Assembly: GCA_965242725.1 (NCBI GenBank) | Contig: CBDESZ010000014.1 | Span: 1-30,247 of the forward strand | Source of the DNA: Alkalispirochaeta sp. | GTDB lineage: Bacteria; Spirochaetota; Spirochaetia; DSM-27196; Alkalispirochaetaceae | DNA length: 30,247 nucleotides | Reading direction: 5' to 3' | In this document: positions 25,977 to 30,247 of the stretch, in pieces | Position numbering within the stretch: position 1 is the first letter of the stretch | Layout of the letters: each line of letters starts with the position of its first letter | Made by a program: the position numbers and the translations under genes | The notes under the pieces: generated by a model | Databases searched by the model: none | What the model was told of the DNA's origin: nothing | The model's input: the letters and a program-made list of their open reading frames with translations, nothing else

Positions 25977-26002
25977 CGGGGAAGGGGACGCGTCCCCTCC
26001 CG
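25977..26002. terminator. GC-rich hairpin between convergent genes
   Basis: CGGGGAAGGGGA-CGCG-TCCCCTCCCG directly after the phosphatase stop. No U-tract on either side. Confidence 0.35.
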
Positions 26003-26020
26003 ACGAGAGAATGCGCTTCG

Positions 26021-27991
26021 TTACGCCTTTTTGATGATCTCCGCCAGTCGTTTGGCGGTAAATCCGAGGGACTCCGCAACTGCATTGCCCGGTCCGCTCT
26101 CGCCGAAGCGATCGATTGAGAGTATCCGTTCCTTCGGTGCGATTCCTTCCCATCCGAAGCTCACACCCGCCTCGGCAACGACGGCGGGAACATTCCGGGG
26201 AATAACGGCGTTGCGATAGGCGTCATCCTGGGCGTCAAAGAGCTCCTTGCTCGGCATTGAAACGACCCGTGCCTTCCGGCCGCTCAGCGTGACCGCTTCC
26301 ACCGCAAGGGCAACCTCGCTGCCCGTGGCTACAACCACAACCTCCGGATCGGCCACGTCCCTGACGACGTATGCGCCCTTGCGCATGGACTGCCGCCATT
26401 TCGCATCGGCCTTCTCCTGGGTGGGAAGTCCCTGACGTGTCAGGGCGAGCACGGTCGGTCCGTCGTGTTCAAGCGCCATGAGCCACGCTTCGTTTGTCTC
26501 CTCACCGTCGGCGGGGCGGAGAATGCGCAGGCCCGGAATCGCACGCAGCGCGGCAAGGTGTTCCACCGGCTGATGGGTGGGGCCGTCTTCACCGACAAAG
26601 ATGGAATCGTGGGTCAGAACGTAGATCAGCGGTGTCTGCATGATTGAAGAGAGACGGAGCGCCGGGCGCAGGTAGTCGCTGAAGACGAGAAACGTCGCCA
26701 CAAAGGGTCGGAATCCGCCGTGCAGGGCCATGCCGTTTCCGATGGCGCTCATCGCAAGTTCCCGGACGCCGAAATGGAGGGTCCGTCCCTCGGGTGTGTC
26801 GGGTCCGAAATCTCCGTATTCCGTCAGCGCCGTATTGTTGGAAGGCGCGAGGTCGGCGGAACCACCCACAACGTGGGGCAGCATCTGGGCGATCGCCTTC
26901 AGCGCTTCACCGCTCGCCTTCCGGGTAGCCACCTTCTCACCTGCTTTGTATTGGGGAAGGGCGATATCCTTCAGGAGTTTCTTGTAACCCCCTTCCATCG
27001 TCTCCTTCCACTGCGCCAGGAGACCGGGATTGGCCTCTCCCCAGGTGGTGAAGGTCTTCCGCCACGTCTCTTCCGCGGCGGCGAGCTCGGTCCGGCGTTT
27101 CTCAAAGAACGATGTCGCGGCGGGATCGATGTAAAACATCGCGTCCGGGTCGACACCGAGTTCCTTCTTGGTCAGCACCACTTCGTCGTCGCCGAGGGCG
27201 GCGCCGTGGACGCCGTGGGTTCCCGCCTTGTTTGGCGAACCCTTGCCGATGACCGATTTCAGGATCACCAGTGAGGGACGGCCGTTCTCTTTTTGGGCCT
27301 CTGCAACGGCTTTCCTGATACCCTCGACGTCATAGGCGTCGCCCTCCACGACGTGCCAGCCGTAGGCGCGGTATCGGGCCGCGGTGTCTTCCGTAAAGGC
27401 GAGGTCCGTGGAACCTTCGATTGAAATGCTGTTGGAATCGTAAAAGACGATCAGTTTTCCCAGTTTCAGATGACCCGCGAGGGAGCTGGCTTCAGAGGAA
27501 ATACCCTCCATGAGACAGCCGTCTCCGACGATGGCGTAGGTATGGTGATCGACGATTGTATGGTCGGCGGTGTTGAACCGTGCCGCAGCCATGCGCTCGG
27601 CGATGGCCATACCGACGGCGTTGGACACGCCCTGACCGAGGGGCCCTGTAGTCGTCTCGATACCCACGGTGTGGCCGTATTCGGGATGACCGGGAGTCCT
27701 GCTTCCGACCTGACGAAACTGCTTGAGCTCATCCAGAGGCAGACCATAGCCGGAAAGGTGGAGCAGGCTGTAGAGAAACATCGAACCGTGCCCGGCGGAG
27801 AGGACAAATCGGTCCCTGTCGGGCCATGAGGGATCGGCGGGGTTGTGGCGCAGAATTTCTCCGTACAGCAGCGCACCGAGCTCGGCCATACCCATGGGCA
27901 TGCCGGGATGCCCGGAATTTGCCGCCTGAACGGCGTCTATTGTCAGCGTCCGCACGGAGAGCGCGACGGCCTTAACCGCATTATTATCCAT
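26021..27991 (-). CDS. tkt: Transketolase
   Basis: 'NSGHPG', '[12 protein letters not shown]', 'TPGHPE', 'TTGPLGQG', TPP motif 'GDGCLMEG...N', 'GSADL', 'FGVRE', '[16 protein letters not shown]'. SD AAGGAG. Confidence 0.97.
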   Translation of the reverse strand: MDNNAVKAVALSVRTLTIDAVQAANSGHPGMPMGMAELGALLYGEILRHNPADPSWPDRDRFVLSAGHGSMFLYSLLHLSGYGLPLDELKQFRQVGSRTPGHPEYGHTVGIETTTGPLGQGVSNAVGMAIAERMAAARFNTADHTIVDHHTYAIVGDGCLMEGISSEASSLAGHLKLGKLIVFYDSNSISIEGSTDLAFTEDTAARYRAYGWHVVEGDAYDVEGIRKAVAEAQKENGRPSLVILKSVIGKGSPNKAGTHGVHGAALGDDEVVLTKKELGVDPDAMFYIDPAATSFFEKRRTELAAAEETWRKTFTTWGEANPGLLAQWKETMEGGYKKLLKDIALPQYKAGEKVATRKASGEALKAIAQMLPHVVGGSADLAPSNNTALTEYGDFGPDTPEGRTLHFGVRELAMSAIGNGMALHGGFRPFVATFLVFSDYLRPALRLSSIMQTPLIYVLTHDSIFVGEDGPTHQPVEHLAALRAIPGLRILRPADGEETNEAWLMALEHDGPTVLALTRQGLPTQEKADAKWRQSMRKGAYVVRDVADPEVVVVATGSEVALAVEAVTLSGRKARVVSMPSKELFDAQDDAYRNAVIPRNVPAVVAEAGVSFGWEGIAPKERILSIDRFGESGPGNAVAESLGFTAKRLAEIIKKA

Positions 27992-28074
27992 AGTAATCCA
28001 GCTCCTTCAGCTTCTGATATGGCCGAAGTGTATCATAGAGAGATACGGCGATGCAAAAGCGGCGCCCGCAGTCG

Positions 28075-28768
28075 TTAATTCTCGTCTTCCGCGATGCGAC
28101 GGAAGAGGCGCTGGGAACCTTCGACGAGGCTCCGCTGGGGGAAAGAGCCCGAAGGCGACGCCGAAGGAGGCGAAGAACTCCTTGTCCCGGACGTCATAAA
28201 TCCCCTCGGTTACAAGACTGACCGCGGTACCCGGCAGATTGAGGAGACCGATCGCCCCGATCTGGCCGGAGGGAGAGAAGGTCGTACCGACCTGAAGGAG
28301 CGTCTCCTCCTCAATGGAGTCGATAACGGACCCGAGCGTTTCTATTTCATTTTCAAGTTCGAACTGCGTTTTGACGAGATGTTCCTTGTATTGCAGCGTC
28401 TCATCCCGGTAGTTCTTGGCGTGAACCGCCATGGACTTGTACTCCCGGCGGAGAGCCTCGTTATCCATTCGTACCTGGGCGAGCTCGGCTTCCAGATCCG
28501 CCGTGGCGGCGTCGATCTCTTCCTGGGTATACAGTTCCGTGTTGCGCTGAATCTGCTCCCGCAGGAGAATCCGGGCCTGCTCATACCGTTCCACAAGGTC
28601 ACGTATTCGACTTTGATACTCCTCAGGTATTTCACCGATCGAAAATGCGGGAGGAACGGCCGGCTGCCCCGGCCCGGTCGCCTGCTGCGCCTGCGGAGAA
28701 AAGACGGGCAGAAACAGGAGCAGTACCGAGAGTTGCACGACGGCGATTACGCGGTGGCGGGATGTCAT
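28075..28768 (-). CDS. Exported hypothetical protein: signal peptide, long coiled coil, four C-terminal amphipathic beta-strands (apparent frameshift near 28140)
   Basis: ATG 28768 follows GAGG. Signal peptide ends ...SPQAQQ, followed by a heptad-rich helical region. Correcting the TTT/CCCCC run gives ...GLFPQRSLVEGSQRLFRRIAEDEN* at 28075, which frees a tkt promoter-like TTGCAT-18-TACACT. The uncorrected ORF ends at 28007. Confidence 0.65.
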
Positions 28769-28807
28769 ATTCACCTCAATTCATATATCGGCGCGTATAA
28801 AGTGGTC

Positions 28808-29959
<1,152 letters not shown>

Positions 29960-29980
29960 AATCACTCACGTGAGACCGGA

Positions 29981-30247
29981 ATGCAGCACTTTCTGATGGT
30001 TTTTTACGTGGTATTCTTCTCCACCGGGTTCATGGGCGGCGCCGCCCTCGGGCTCCTGGCGCTCCGTCTCAGGAGCCGGCTGATCGGACCGCTTTTGATC
30101 TTTCAGCTGCTTTTTTCTCGTCGGGACCGGTCTCATCCTCTTTTACATATCCGCGGTGTCGACGGCGTTGTTGCCGCCGTCGGTTGAACGAATCCTCCTT
30201 GGCGTCATCATGTCTATAAACGTTGCCGTCTGGGGTGTGGTGATCGT
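29981..30247 (+). CDS. Polytopic membrane protein, N-terminal part, truncated by the window edge (apparent frameshift at a T-run near 30115)
   Basis: MQHFLMVFYVVFFSTGFMGGAALGLLAL...LLIFQLLF, with hydrophobic sequence continuing in shifted frames (LVGTGLILFYI; RILLGVIMSINVAVWGVVI). Function cannot be assigned. Confidence 0.6.

Overview
GC-rich bacterial chromosomal DNA, most likely from a free-living Spirochaetaceae (Spirochaeta/Alkalispirochaeta-like). This is inferred from the 'LFATGAQE'-type signal peptide and a hairpin-less, BesA-like efflux adaptor. In order, the window holds: (1) an RND efflux operon on the minus strand (double-TetR regulator, TolC, adaptor, truncated RND permease) with two tandem palindromic operator-like sites; (2) a divergent phnD-phnC-phnE-like ABC importer run together with surE and an MFS gene; (3) an orphan HisKA_2 kinase divergent from a DUF212/divergent PAP2 gene; (4) an exported hypothetical protein and a rhomboid protease, divergent from rlmE; (5) a candidate ~100-nt sRNA; (6) a PAS-PAS-PAS-GGDEF-EAL protein; (7) a cobalamin-uptake locus (TonB-dependent receptor and tonB on minus, btuFCD-like on plus); (8) a large membrane-anchored hypothetical protein, a histidine phosphatase, tkt, a coiled-coil/beta-strand exported protein, leuB and a partial membrane-protein gene. 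The best find is the ~550-nt receptor leader, which appears to hold two cobalamin riboswitches in tandem. The second is a co-varied, non-consensus variant, and a 42-codon uORF lies between them. Other notable signals are the sRNA candidate with an anti-RBS/AUG seed and five apparently leaderless genes. At least eight genes have frameshifts at short homopolymers, which look like long-read indel errors rather than pseudogenes. No mobile element, CRISPR array, tRNA or rRNA was seen. All calls were made by eye with no database searches.
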